A stretch of 54,019 nucleotides of DNA, filler included, from Catajapyx aquilonaris (taxonomy: Eukaryota), in NCBI GenBank assembly GCA_000934665.2. It is 2 parts of 2 records of this genome, joined end to end, with 100 filler letters (N's around TTAATTAATTAA, not from the genome) between each part and the next. Parts side by side here need not be neighbours in the genome. Positions count along the whole stretch, not along the records: positions 23,440 to 54,019 come from KZ539401.1; 1 more part is not named here. One strand, given 5' to 3'. This document shows positions 37,340 through 50,500 of the stretch, piece by piece. Below the pieces are notes generated by a model. It was not told where the DNA came from and made no database searches. It saw nothing but the letters and a program-made list of their open reading frames with translations. The position numbers and the translations under genes are program-made. Numbering within the stretch: position 1 is the stretch's first letter; each line of letters starts with the position of its first letter.

Positions 37340-39954
37340 NNNNNNNNNNNNNNNNNNNNNNNNNNNNNNNNNNNNNNNNNNNNNNNNNNNNNNNNNNNNN
37401 NNCCCCCCCCCCCCCCGAAATATCACAGAAGCGGCCCACTTTAGCGACTCTTCCACTATATAAAGTTTTAAAGATGTTTAAATGTCCTACAATTTTCATT
37501 CCCACACCGTTTTTGTAGTACGAATAGTAAACGCGCTACAGCTTCTTGATAATATTATATTGACAATTTTTCTCAACTGTGAGTGAATAACGCACATTCA
37601 TCTTGAACGTTTGATTGCAACCTTTATTTTCAGAAGGTTTCCCAACTTTTTATGTTCCCCCTACCCCCTCCCCTCCTTCCCACCAAACTCCTTTACCCCC
37701 TCCCGCCCTGGCTGAGTAAGTGTAACTGACTGAAATGATACCTTTTATCTTCTTCGAAGTCGTTTAGACGGTAGAAGATTTGCAGAAGCATCAGATTGCG
37801 AATGAATTAGTACATTGACCACCAATGTACGTAGTATGGCTTTACAGTAAATGGATACAAGATCAAAGTGTTCCTGGATGGAATGGATTCATGGAACAGG
37901 TGACAGCCTATGAGGAATATGACCGGATAATCTGCCTTCCATTCCTCAACAATCCTGCGTCTCAGTTCGACACCGTATACAATATTATAGGCTACACATC
38001 ACTTGTAATGGCATCAGAAAAATGCAAACAACTATAGGTAAACATACTCGTATGTGTTTCCTGACATTGATCAGCCGTTGTATCTGAAAGCAAGGGATAT
38101 TGTTGACAATGGCTATCCTGAGTTGAATAACGTCACTGTGAGACTTGGAGGTTTTCACCTTGCAATGTTACTCATGGGAGCCATTGGCACAATAATGGCT
38201 GACAGTGGTTTACGGCAACTGTTATGTACTGTATTATCAAAGCAGAGAACCGTGTAGAGAAAATTATGACCTGATACGCATACTCTCGAGCTGCGCGAGC
38301 ACATTACCGTATATTGATGCATTCCGTCTTAGCTTCTCTGGTGTGCGATACAGTTGAGGTTACTGATGGTGAGCGTTCTGAACTGGGCAACTGGTTGATT
38401 TGATTAACAATTATTGTGATCGAGCCATAATACCAAGATAATACTCACTACTCACAGCATACGCCAATAATGCCTGTCTGACGGGTATTGCTGCATTTAG
38501 ACAAGCCTTGCGCGTGCTCGAATGTAAGGGACCCACTGCAAAATTATGGGTTCAATACTTTCGTATGATAACACTCCTGGAACAGTTCATCGAGGCTGAG
38601 CGTACAGGCAACTGGAAGCTCTATCTTGACTCGAGCGTTACAGAAAAGCGTTACAGTCTATTATAACCGAGTCTGCTATAACCGACCGTATGTTACCTGT
38701 TCATTACGCTCTGCATGCCCCCGCCATGGGGCCCTTGGCGGGGCCCTGACTGTAGTGTAATCAGCAGGTAACATACTGTCGGTTATAGCGGACTCGGTTA
38801 TAATAGACTGTAGCGCTTTTCTGTAACGCTCGAGTTAGCCCCCCCATGGGGATCCGATTTTAGCCCTGTAACCCTGACTGTAACGGTTTTCCGTAACGCT
38901 CGAGTTAGCCTGCATCGCATGCCCCCTCATCGGATTTTAAAGACGTATCCACGTCAAAATAATACTGTATGTGGGACGCTTCTGATGCAAGAAATGAACA
39001 GCTAATGCCTGTGAAAGTGAAACATATCTATGCTAATCATTACATAATATGAATACAGTGTTAATCGTTATAACCTGCAATCTGTTGTCCAGCAGATGTT
39101 CTCTATGTACATCACCGGCGGCAGACTCAGGAGCGCATTTTAAGATCTCCCTTTCCATGTACATTTCTAACTCTTGCAGGAAAAAAGGTTTATGCTGCAG
39201 AAAACAAAGAATTAGGTAAGGCTACCATGGTTTACTATTAAGGGTTACAAGTTGGAGCCTTTCAGCTGTATCACCTGAGATAAAAACACTGATTGGTCCC
39301 TCCACAAAGGCTGGTTTTTTTCTGTAACAAATATGTCGAAAGGTTTTGCTGGAGTATATCTTTGTTCTTTGGCCTCCTCTGAAAGATTCACATGACATTG
39401 TCAACCATGAAAAAAGGACTATAGAAGTGAGGCTATAGGACTGGATAAACCATGGTGTTCAGTCCTACCTGCGGCAGTCTCAGCCAAATCTGCCTTTCTC
39501 CTGTCTAGTTTGGGCGTGGTGATGTGATATTTGACCGAACCAGTTGTCGAAGATGATAATTTGAGCATCACAGCACTGAAAATATAAATAACAACCACGT
39601 GATTTAGTCCCTGATTGTGGGTCATTTACAATACTCGGTTAATTTACTCGACAGCCATGCACAAGCGTTTGAGTGAGTGAAGAATGAAAAAAACTTCAAT
39701 TTAATTTGCTGGAATCTATATACTTCGTACCCACTTCAGTGCCGAATTTAGACCCATGAGAGTGAGCACTCACACAGGTTTTATCCATCCTTTTCTCAGT
39801 GAGCTGCAACCCCCCCCCCCCCTGCATAGGCACACTGAGATGATGTTGGTACTGTATAAGGTTAGATTGGAGATATTTACTTGTCACCACTAAATTGCGT
39901 GGCTTCTTCAGCTATGACTCCCTTCCCTAGAATTTTTTTCAGCTTTCTCGACAT
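33455..39954 (-). CDS. TSNAXIP1: Translin-associated factor X-interacting protein 1-like, multi-exon (about 11 exons; 5' exons tentative)
   Basis: Exon 37154-37020 VFSAIIRQCPEYRTLLSGIKRHYDEMI; coiled-coil exons at ~36.8, 36.4 and 35.8 kb; TPRPDW at ~35560; FRGKGTDESVPPYLRYDGDVKNRRLSRKE...IW; last exon 33609-33455 ends RLRSGNIRRYGPSG*. Putative start MSRKLKK at 39954. Confidence 0.85.
33715..33955 (+). mobile_element. tRNA-derived SINE in a TSNAXIP1 intron
   Basis: Pol III A box TGGCCGAGATGG (33733) and B box GGTTCGATCC (33777), followed by a tRNA-unrelated body. Ends approximate. Confidence 0.7.
36133..36277 (+). mobile_element. 5'-truncated non-LTR retroposon end with (TAA)n tail and 15-bp TSD
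   Basis: ATAAATCTAAGAACC at 36118-36132 and 36278-36292. The core CCCCTAAAAGGGCTCTG recurs at ~46310. Confidence 0.8.
37254..37339 (+). repeat. (TAG)n microsatellite running into an N gap
   Basis: Direct read. Confidence 0.97.
37825..38630 (+). pseudogene. Decayed DNA-transposon transposase fragment, Academ-like
   Basis: Across frames: GWNGFM, DQPLYLKA, VRLGGFH, DSGL, YSRAARAH, PTAKLWVQY...FIEAERTGNWKL. Several stops and shifts. Superfamily assigned from memory of the motifs. Confidence 0.62.
38629..38835. mobile_element. Foldback/MITE with ~80-bp TIRs; a second copy of the right end at ~38880-38910
   Basis: ACTCGAGCGTTACAGAAAAGCG...CGCTTTTCTGTAACGCTCGAGT. Confidence 0.85.
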
Positions 39955-41063
39955 AATGGCGAACGTCTTAGCGGACTCTCTGGCTACAAGACGGTCCCGT
40001 GCCTCGTTTCTGCAAATAGCAAAGACATTATAATCATTTATGGGGAATGTTGAAGTACAGCACTCCCTCTATACACCTTGAGCACTATACTAACCTTACT
40101 AACGATGTATATTAGCCAGATAGCCTTAGTTGCTCTTGCTTCTTAATAAACCTAAACTAACTGTGTATGACCATAATATAGGTCTGCAGTATTATTAATT
40201 TGCCGATCTTTAGTTTTTAAATGGATTCAGCTAAGCATAATATTTCTAAAAATATGCGAGGATGGTTTTTCCAGACCTTGCGAAAATTGGTCAAAATACG
40301 GTTTGCCAAGAATATTTACAGTTCAAATTGTAGCAATCATCACGAGTTACCAAGAGAATCACTGGTCTTACTAATGTATATTTTAATGGACATAATCTAG
40401 TACAATAAGAGTATTAAGAGATTTGCTTTTCATGAGTTGATGCAATATGCTGTGGTCTAAGTCTATAGCCCCTCACGTTAACACGTTGTTAAATACACTC
40501 ACTTCTGACGTGCCGTCGACATTTTTGCTGACAGTGGAACGTATCCTTGGGTAAAAGACGAGGGCTTGAAGAGGGCTGTAAATGTGTCCTAAAATTGAGT
40601 CGCTACACCGTTCCAACTTCTTCCAAGCCTCGGACTGTTTACATTTTTTTATTTTTTATTGTTGAATTAGTTGCACTGGTTGCACTGTTGCAGGTTTTAA
40701 TTTCGTCAGTCGATTGTTTACGTTATATATTCGCCAGCTAGCTGTGTCTAGTCTACCACTTGTCGTGGGTCTAACTACCACTATGCCAACAAATTACATG
40801 AGGTTAACAATTCATAAGCCCAGACCAGATTTTGCGCACGTCTCACTCGGTACGATTGGCATTAGACGTCAAGAGCCGAGCCCACTATTTTCAGGCCATA
40901 CCCCCAGCAGAGGTCAAGAAGGATGCTGTTCATTCAACCTAATAGTTGAAGTCATTGTTAGAAGTTCTCAATAATAAGCAGCCACTGCCAGAATATCGAT
41001 GCCAATTACTACGTCTTGACGATATTAATTAATAAATTCACTGAATCATGACATTTCACTATA

Positions 41064-41145
41064 CAGGGTGTTCCAACTTTCTGCTGTTTTTGGAATTTCT
41101 CTCAACTCTGTTATTTTTGTTTTATTACGAAATAGGAACACCCTG
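41064..41145. mobile_element. Minimal Tc1/mariner-type MITE remnant
   Basis: ta|CAGGGTGTTCC...GGAACACCCTG|tg; 11-bp TIR. Confidence 0.55.
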
Positions 41146-41428
41146 TGATGTTCAAAATTGGCGCCGATTGAAACACCTGCCATCAACAATGTTCCCTGAG
41201 GCGCCATCTGTGTTCCGCAAGTCCAATCTCCTGTTGGCGCCACTGTCCAAACTCTCTTCTCCTCCTCTCCCCTGCGCCCCCTGCCTCTCCCTTCCAATCC
41301 CTCCCGCTGACGTCATCATCCGGGTGCCTCTGCTGTTTCCACCTCCCCCTTTTTTCACCCCCCCCCCNCCCCCCCCCTCCTTCCATTCCCTTCCCTCCCC
41401 TCCTCCTGCTTCTGCTCCTCAGTTAAAA

Positions 41429-41624
41429 ATGGCCGTCGCCAATGGTGGTGGTAGTGCAGCGATGGAGTGTCCGAGCCCAGGCCCAAGCCAGGCCTCGGAC
41501 CGACTCAAGCTGCTCTACCCTATGGTCAACGAGGTGGAGACCCCGCTGCCTAGGTGCTGGAGCTCCAAGGACAAGTACAATTTCATCGGACTCTCGCAGA
41601 ATAATCTACGAGTCCACTACAAAG
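41429..41624 (+). CDS. RANBP9/10: Exon 1 of Ran-binding protein 9/10 (RanBPM, CTLH/GID complex); later exons not found in the window
   Basis: [43 protein letters not shown] followed by the donor AAAG|GTACAG (phase 1). Matches the conserved pre-SPRY segment of RanBP9/10. Confidence 0.93.
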
Positions 41625-44010
41625 GTACAGTGGAAAAAAAAGAGGGGCTGCATTGGGACGAGAGAGAAAGGGGAGGGGAGGTGGGAGGTAGTATGGGAGG
41701 GGTGTGCTGTAGAGAGAGGTGATGTGGGGTGAGGGAGGGGGGGGGGGGAAGGAGGATTTCTTTCAAGGCCAGTCCTTTGTCATCAGCTGATTTCTACACC
41801 CGTGGGCCGACCTGGGGTCACTCTAACCTAATGTGATGAGACAAAGGGAATGGGGCCAAGACGCAATTTTTTGGTGGGAGGGGGGCAGGAGGAGCATTGT
41901 TGTCATGCAACGCAGGGTCAAAGGGCAGCGGTGGTCATCACCGCATAATTGATCAGTCCGAAGGGATGTGTTACTCCGCTGCCAGTTGCGCCATTCAATA
42001 ATGTCATCCTGCGTCAAAAAGCGGGATTTAAGATGTGCCTAATAAGCTGTGCGATGTTGTCGTTTTAATTTTGAAAGCACAGACTGCGTAGCACTTGGCA
42101 GGAAAAGTTCTGAATTCTTTAGCCCCCATGATATTATCCTTTGGCAAAATGCAGTGCAAATGGATGCAGAGGAAGTTTGGCAAAACAGTTTCATTCCTAC
42201 CAGATGATTTTCAGTTCGTACGTGTTCGGTACGGAATTTGTTCATGGAACTCTGTGACTCCCATATAGACAGGTTTTACTGTGCTGGTATAAAACAGTTG
42301 ATATCATTCAAATGAGTGAAATGGTGTTAGATTTAGGAGTGAAGCGCTGACAACAAGGAACACCTGATCATGAATTCTGCACAAAGTGAAATTATCGTGA
42401 GCCTGTCATGCAATCGTTGCTTGCAGTGTTGCAAGGTGATTGGCAAGTGTTCATGCCATCAATTTTGGAAGAGGTGTAACACCAAGTAGAAAGTGAATAA
42501 TGACATGTTGGGGGGACAAAATGGCCACCATTTTAAATAGCAAGGAAGTCTTGTCATGTGTGCAGTAAGCCATATTCCACCTAGGACATGAATTTGAGCT
42601 GGAAGGGGGGGGGGGGNGGGGGGGTGGATTTCAGTATATATGTAGGAGCTAAACATTCCCTTTGACCTTATGTGGTCCACATTACTTTGAGATTGAAAAT
42701 ACATCACTATTTCAAGCCACAAATGCAAGTTATTTGAGCTGTTTGTCTTTGAGGCCATTCATTGCTAAAGAAGTTATCAGGAACTTGATGCAGATGCACA
42801 TTCCTTGGTGCCAGTTTCAATAAAAATATACTTGGAATTTGGTGCGATATTTTCCACGAAGTGGAGTCATGCTCCCACCAGCACCTTTGTCTAGGCAGAC
42901 AGCATGACACATCACAGCTGGAGATAATGAGGACAAAGCCCTTGTTTGTAATGAAAGAGTTGCAGCAACAGTGTAATTATGAGTCTATACCCTGCCCTTT
43001 TGCTTCAAGCAGACAAATACTCATCATGCAATCATATTTAAAGTTGACTTCTAGATGATTACTGCATCATGTGACTCCGGATAATAATATGTGGCTATCA
43101 GAAAATTATGCGTGGCATGCAATGTTTGGGTATGAACACAGATGTAGAATGTGCTTATTTCAACTGCACAACATTGCTGTGTACTTGGTTGTGCAACAGT
43201 GCACTGATGAACATACACATTCTGAGTGCAATGGAAAGATCGGTTAAGTGCATAGCAACAATGTGTTGTAACATAAGTTCAATAATTGTTAACATGGTCA
43301 TGTTATTGGATGAGTTTTTCTATGCAAATGCACAAACGTTGGCAATTTGGATTGTGAGCAATGAATTATCACCAAACTGTGACTCAAAATCTACATTTTG
43401 TGAGTAAGCTTGTACTCATTTTCAATCATGTCAACATAGCAATGTTGTGTTACAGTAAGAGCTTCAAACATGCTCATTGCTGAGAGCTGCTTCTATTACT
43501 CCACGTAAGGAACTATGCCAGGATAGATTATGTAAATTCTCCAGGGTATTAAGGTTTGTCAAGGTGCAGGAAGGGACTAATAATAACTAGCATTAATGCT
43601 GAAATCATGTGACATTAAAATATCATTTGGTGAGTGAGGGATGAGAAATATAATAAGTGTTGAGTTGGTGGAATGGCCTTTAGAAGAACAAAGAGGTTGG
43701 AAATGCACATGCCATGTGTGGGCCTACATGCAGCATGTAGGCGGCCCAGCCTGTTTGGAAGGACATAGTAGAGAGGTCATAAGTAAACAATGCGTAGTAG
43801 GGCTGAAGGGCTTGAAATATGGCAGGTTATTGTGGAAAAAGTGTTTGCAGTGGTTATGAAGTGTTCAAGTGTGTAGCTGTAATGTCGGAAACAGTTTAAT
43901 TACTTGTCACTGTGGGTGGATGTCACACCAGGGGTTCACCTGCAGTGGTCTTGTACTACAGTTTACCTTCAATGATACATGCATTTTTACGTTGATGAAT
44001 TTATGATATA

Positions 44011-44040
44011 CTAGCAGGTTACCCGGTGTTGCCCGGGTAT
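44011..44040 (-). mobile_element. Helitron-type 3' terminus
   Basis: Minus strand ACCCGGGCAACACCGGGT hairpin, short spacer, then CTAG|T. 5' end not located. Confidence 0.6.
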
Positions 44041-47000
44041 GTTATGGTGGTAGGCCTATATACATTAGTAACAATGTAGTTATGATGGAGATGTCATATA
44101 ACCCAGCTAGGCAGTAGTGCAAAAATTGGAATTGTAGAAGTTAGACACCGGTACATGTACAACTGGGGTCTTATATTACTTGCAAGCATTAATGCATAGC
44201 AACTGGTTGTGATGTAATGATTATAAAGTGAACAAAGAGAGAGAGTGGAGGGATTATGGTGCTTTTTTCTCTTCTTGTCCTGCTGTGACTTGTCCCCAGC
44301 CCAAAATCAATAAGAGAACCTGACACTACTACTTAACTGCATACAAGTTGTATTTGGAGCTTAGATATTGTGAGCATTTTGGCAAGCCCAGCAGTACTTG
44401 AAAGGACATTGAGGAGTTAAGAGAGCTGAAACCTAATGGTTGGAGCAGAATTGTGCACTTTGATCCAAGGCTGTAGATGTATAATCATGATATACTGAGT
44501 GGATCTTGGAAGGTGAAGCTGATGTATGCATCCAGTTGCATCACATTTGTGGAAACAGGATAATCTATATCATGATGGTGGCCTGACTCAATATTCATGT
44601 CCCTTCAGGTCACTGCAATGACCAAAGTACTAAATGGTATGTGAAAATGATTGACACTGGTATGAACTAGTGGGATCTATCATACTAACATTTTCCTTGA
44701 GGAAGTTCATTGCTTGAGGCAGGAAAAGTTAGATGAAATATTGAAATGTTGCTAGCAATTGGTGAAGTCATGTAACTTGAAAAACTGGGTGTGGCTTCCA
44801 GAAGCTTTAATATATTAATCTGGAACATGTTTAGCAGATTGAGTCAAATCCTAGGAGTTGCTAATAACTAAAATTATTACAGTAATGTACTTCAGGTAGA
44901 ATAATATGCTCTGTAGTTACTGTACTATGTGTTGCTGTGCCCAAGTTATAGTTAGAAGAGAGAGGAAGGGGGAAAGTTGATTGATTAGTTATTCATGTGC
45001 TGAAGTTGAACTCCAGTCCAATCTTGACACAAGGTTAGGGTCTTTGCATATGCACAACACATATGCACAGCATGGGAAGTGCACTATTCTCTCCTGTTCC
45101 TTAGTTTGGATCATGAACTTGGATATAGAGAAAAACTCTGTCTAGTTGCTTTCACATGAGTGTCATGTCACAGATACCACCAGAAAATATTTTGCCTTGT
45201 GGTATTGAATTTTTTATTTATTTTAGAAGAGCTGTTCACACAAGAAGACTACTATCTGTGTAGCATATTGTTATTCCAAACTCATGACAGTAATGTTGTG
45301 GTGAAAGTAGACTGACTTGTGAGAGACCAAGAGATGGCCACTAGAATCATATAGGTTACTTCTGCAGAGTTTCAATATCAAGTCACCACTGACAGGAGAA
45401 GTTTTTCAGTTACATTTACATACACTCAATGTTGAATAAAAAGTAACAACATTTATGCAATGCCATTAGTACGTGCTCATTAGTACTTGATAAGTATCTG
45501 TTGTATGAGTAACTCTCCAGATTAACGACCAAGTGATTGAGGAGAGATAATTTCAAAGCTACAACTGACACAACTGGAGCGTGTCTAATTTATGTGGCCT
45601 GTAGTATCATTCTGATCACTGGAAAAGCAGGAGCATGACTCTCATCCATCAATATTAATTCACATTGACATTGTACGTCCCAAGTTGATACATGGGCCTT
45701 TTGGCCTGTATTGATCACTCTTTCCCCATAGCTTTAGGATGTAGTAATGATAATGTTAGTTGTGTTAGGGGTGGGGAAAGGAATGGGAGTAGGGGGCAGA
45801 AGAAGTGAGATGTGGTGCACATTTAGAAAATGATTTTTCTCATCTTATGAATAATTGGTATTGTATATCCCAAAAGCCAGCTCATATTTGCATGAGATCA
45901 ATGCCACAGTATAACGTCTTGACTCAAGTGGATGTCTAGGATAAGAGTCATGAAAATTGCATCCACACATGTGCAGTCCACCTCACTTTTGACTCGAGAT
46001 GCCACCTTCAAAAAGGTGCTATGCATTGTTTCTCCTTATAAGAGTATGAAATGAATTTCAAGGCATGCAACACACTGCAATGAGCAGTGTGTACTGCAAT
46101 AATGCACTGAGGAAGGAGTGGTGGTGAGAAAGAGGACAGATGTTGACCATCCAAGTATAATGGTATATAATACTTTCCGCTTTTCACCTGACATGCCGGG
46201 GCAGAATTGCACTCCCTACTCTGCCCAGGGCCAGGAGAAAATGTCTGGTGTATTTAAGAAAGTCAGAAATGACTCTCATTAGTGTCCTTTCTGGGAACCT
46301 CCCCCTTCCCCCCTAAAAGGGCTCTGCCCTATCACAGGGTAAAATATGTTTTGTTTTTTTTTAAATTTAAAAAAGGTGTATAATACAGAAATGATCCCTT
46401 CCAGGACGTTTCTTCTTGCATCTTATTTTCTAGTGATGGTTTGTTCCTAATAGTAACATAAAAATGTGGAGCCTCCTTTTGTTTCTATTTCTATTGACAG
46501 TCTGTTTCATGAAAATTTTGGTTTGTAAATTGTAATTGTTGCCATTTTCCCAACTCTCAGGTTTTCACCAGTAATATACAGGGTGTGTTAAAAAAATTCT
46601 ATGACCATGGCAGATAGTGCCAAATTATTATTATTATTATTTTGGGAGTGGGGAGTGGGGGGGGGGGGGNGGGGGCATATTATTCACTAAGGGCCCTTTG
46701 TAATTTGTATCACTTCAAATTATGAGAATCTTTGGTTGTATGTTGTGAAATCCTACATGTAATAAGAGATGTTCCCGAAATCATCATTCATACCACCTGC
46801 CCTCTTAAACCATTAATGTAATGATGATTGCACACACATGGTTGTAAATGTATTATTACTTCAAATCCTCATAATTATGCAAAATAGAGTGGACAAGTAC
46901 ATATATTTATCACGTTTTTGAATTGCCAAAGCAGCCGTTGTTGACAACCAAGAACCAACCACATGTTGTTACCGCACGCTACCTATTGGCCCCCGGTCAT

Positions 47001-47266
47001 TGTTCCCTGGATGTATTGTTACCATGACGCCTCCGATTGGCCCCTATTCCGAGCATACGCAATGGGTGGAAGAACGCCACAGTGGCTTGCTGGACGTCAA
47101 CGAGGACACATAGCCTGTGGAGTCGGTCCACAGAGCAATACTTTTAGGGTCAGGTTCGGGCGGACACTTTTCTGAACCAACCTAAACAATCCCACCATCC
47201 TTTCCAATGCAGCTGGGTCAGTAGAGTAATTTCCAGAGCCCAACACTGGTGTGGCAAAGTTTAGTG

Positions 47267-47529
47267 CAGTGGTTCCCAACCTGTGGGTCGTTGCAACCCC
47301 GTTGGGCCTTGGGGGTAGCAAAGCGTTTTCCGGGGGGTCGGGCGGTGGTTGTGGTAATTTTTACTTGCAATAAATTTTATAGGAAATTTCACCACAAAGG
47401 TTTTTAAATGTTTTAATATGCGTACAATACATTAATCTTATAATTCTCGGGGTGAGGGGGGTTGGGGTCGCAGGTCACTTGACTTCCATAAAAGGGTTGT
47501 CGTGACCCGAAAATGGTTGGGAACCACTG
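47267..47529. mobile_element. hAT (Charlie-like) MITE
   Basis: 15-bp TIR CAGTGGTTCCCAACC and perfect 8-bp TSD GTTTAGTG (47259-47266, 47530-47537). Confidence 0.93.
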
Positions 47530-50500
47530 GTTTAGTGCTTCAAATGGGTGGCTGGAAAGTTTTCGCAACAGGCACATAATTTCATGGGAAATAGTGCGTG
47601 GCTATGCAAGTGTCATGAATCTCTAAGTAGAATATTGAAAGAAGCTGCTGGAAAGCATTTGTTTGGGGTATTCCAAAGAGAACATTTTCAACTGCAAATG
47701 AAACTGCCTCCCTTATTTTTAAGATGTGCTGTATACCAGATAAAACCGTAGGCTATAGGGCAAAACATACCCACAAAAATGCTACTGTATGGACTGGTTT
47801 TGCACCATTTTGAGGTCAGGTGCTTATTTTTTCTCCCCATTTTCCTCTCTTTCTCATCAGCAAAAAATATCAGTAGGCCTAATGTCCTTCATCTGATAAT
47901 AAAGAGGAAACCTATCCATTACGGAAAAACTTTAGGGTCCCGTGCGAGTCTGCAATGCACAGGTTTCACTGCATATGCGTTGATTCCTCTAACCAAGGCA
48001 TTATTGGTCTCCTCAGAGGTAATGGAAAAACTTTTGCTTATTGTTTTCAAATTCTACACACAGGCCTACTACACAATGTCCCATTTGCATATGGACGAAG
48101 TTTATAAAGTGTATTTCATTCTTGCATACCATACCTCTACCACCACAACTCACCCGGGCAACACAGGGTTACTTGCAAGTTATTGTGGCTTTGCCAAGCT
48201 TCAATCGTATGCAAGTGTCACTCCATCCCAACGACCGCAGCAAACTGCGGCGAATGGAATATGCAATGGGGGCGAATATTGTCTGGGAGCGAAAGCTCCG
48301 AGAGGCATACTGCATATTATGCAGGTGGTAGAAACCTCTCTCTAATATATGAAACCCTGTGTGAAGAAGGGGTCCCCTGCTAGTGGATGTTAAATCTGAA
48401 ACGTAGTGTGATTACAGCATTTTCATAAATTATTGGTTTAAGTGAGAAATATGCTACTTTGAAAATTTTGGGCATTACTTGCCACCGATTAACGTTATTC
48501 CTAAGTTTTGCTTTTGATGCCCATACTATTATAGGAACAACCTCCACTAAAAATTACTGAGATGCTACAGTAAATCGAACCTGAATGGCTCCTTCACTAT
48601 AATATCGCTACTCGTGTTGCAAATCATATTCTCCTGTAAATTGATAAAACTGCATATGCTCATTTAGGTTGATATACTGGAGATTTGCATGTGCTGTATT
48701 ATTGAAAAATCCACATGATGGGCAGTCTAATGGTGTGTAAAATCCATATAAATCTCCAAATGCATATTGTAGTAGGTATTTACCATGAGAGGATTATTTA
48801 AATTGTTAATATTATACAGTACAGTTTAGATTCGCCCAACTCAGGCTGGATTATACAAGATGGAGATCTAAAAAGTTCTCATACTTTTGCTGAAATAATG
48901 TATTCTTCGCTCTTAATTCTAAGCAACTTTTCATGAGGAGAAAAAACTTGATTGATTGCCCAGCTATGACATGTTTATATAGTGTAGTAATACATTGTTA
49001 AAGCTGTTGCACAGGGTTCGGAGTACAGGGGTGTTATATCTTATGATATAGTTTTTGCGATTGTGTCTGTAGTCTGGACTGATCAGGATATTCTAATACT
49101 TTGGCAATATGTGATACACAAGGGATGCATATGGTCAAGGTAAATATAGGGTTTGCGACGGTGAAGTGAAATACTTAATTTGTTTTATCTCATGAACTTT
49201 CGCAGGTGGCTATTACATACAGTATTTAGGCAGATATGATTTATTTTCTGTGGCTCCTGTCACAGTCATTGGTATGAAATGGCCAGTGAAAGCATGGCAG
49301 GGTCAACCAGATTGCTTTCACAAGGCCTCGGATTCAGCTCACTCTATGGGCCTTGCTGGAGTGGGCCTTGCTGATTAGTACTTGAAAATTAACATCTTGC
49401 GAGACAATGCGTTAATTCCATTGGAAACCATCCTCACGCTTTCAGAGAACTTGGGCAGTAGCCAAGAAATTCCTTGGAATTCTTCTGATCAAGTTCCGAG
49501 AGAGGAAGTTGAGGGTAGTGTAACAAAGAGTGTGTTTCATGCAGAGCTGGGGAGTACACTGTAAGCATAATTAGATGGTCACGAGTGGTTTCTGCACTCT
49601 CAAGAACAATGGGTGATATTGCGACCTCAAAGGAGATGTATAAATTTTTAGAGGGAGATTTGTAGTATCGCGTGAATTGTTTGTCACATCTCCGTAAAGC
49701 TGAAGTGTACGGCTTTCTTCGCGCTACAGAGTACCTCTGCACTTGGTGTCATCACCATCAGGTGGAATGTCACCGCTGGTTTTTTAGTGCCAGACTGTTC
49801 TAATTAGAGATTAGGTAATGGAGACAGCGCCACGCCAACTGTAGTATATGAACGCTGACTTCTGCCATGCCCATTTCATTGAAATGTCATTCCCACTTTC
49901 TCCTGAAAGGACGTTTGTTTGTTTTTCACTTTCGTGATGACCTTACCTCCTGGCGAAGGAGGATTTTTGGAGTCATTTGCCAGGGTTGTCCTAAGTGGAA
50001 CAAATGAGAGGGGCGGTCCAGGGACAGGATGGTCCGGACTCGTCCGGAATGCATCTTCGATTTTATTCCGGGGCACAGGGAAGTCTTTACAGTGCATTGA
50101 GAGGGTGGGGTCAGGGAACTTGTCCAGGAAAATTAAGCTGAAATGTGCAATTCCATGAATCGTTAGGGATGAGACAGATTAACCATTGATATTTTACTTG
50201 CGTGTTTTTTGAGGAGGTAGTACAGCTCAATTTTAAATGTCGCCATACTCAAAGTGACAATTTTATCCTTCGTGGAAAGATGCAAGAAATGAGAAAAGAA
50301 ACGCAGCAGGCACGTGCTTATTATAGGGGGTGGGGTTAAAATGGGTGAGGGAGGTTGGGCCAGGCCCTCGACTATTAATAGTATGAGAGTTTAGTGTTCA
50401 GTCACTTGAGCAAGAGTGAGCTTTCGACATTGGAGGCTGCTTTTTTCTCGCTTTGAGCGGCTTGTTATCCAGCCTTCAATGAGGCCACAACGATCGTATT

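Noticed and set aside
37175..37505. Poly-T/S/Y ORFs, and poly-V, poly-Y and HT-repeat ORFs elsewhere
   Set aside because: Translations of microsatellites and N gaps.
44609..44636. RanBP9/10 exon 2 (cag|GTCACTGC...)
   Set aside because: Translates as GHCNDQSTK, not the expected HGK..KDAASVRA.
47779..48345. 188-aa ORF in the RanBP intron
   Set aside because: No recognisable domain or exon signals; likely chance.
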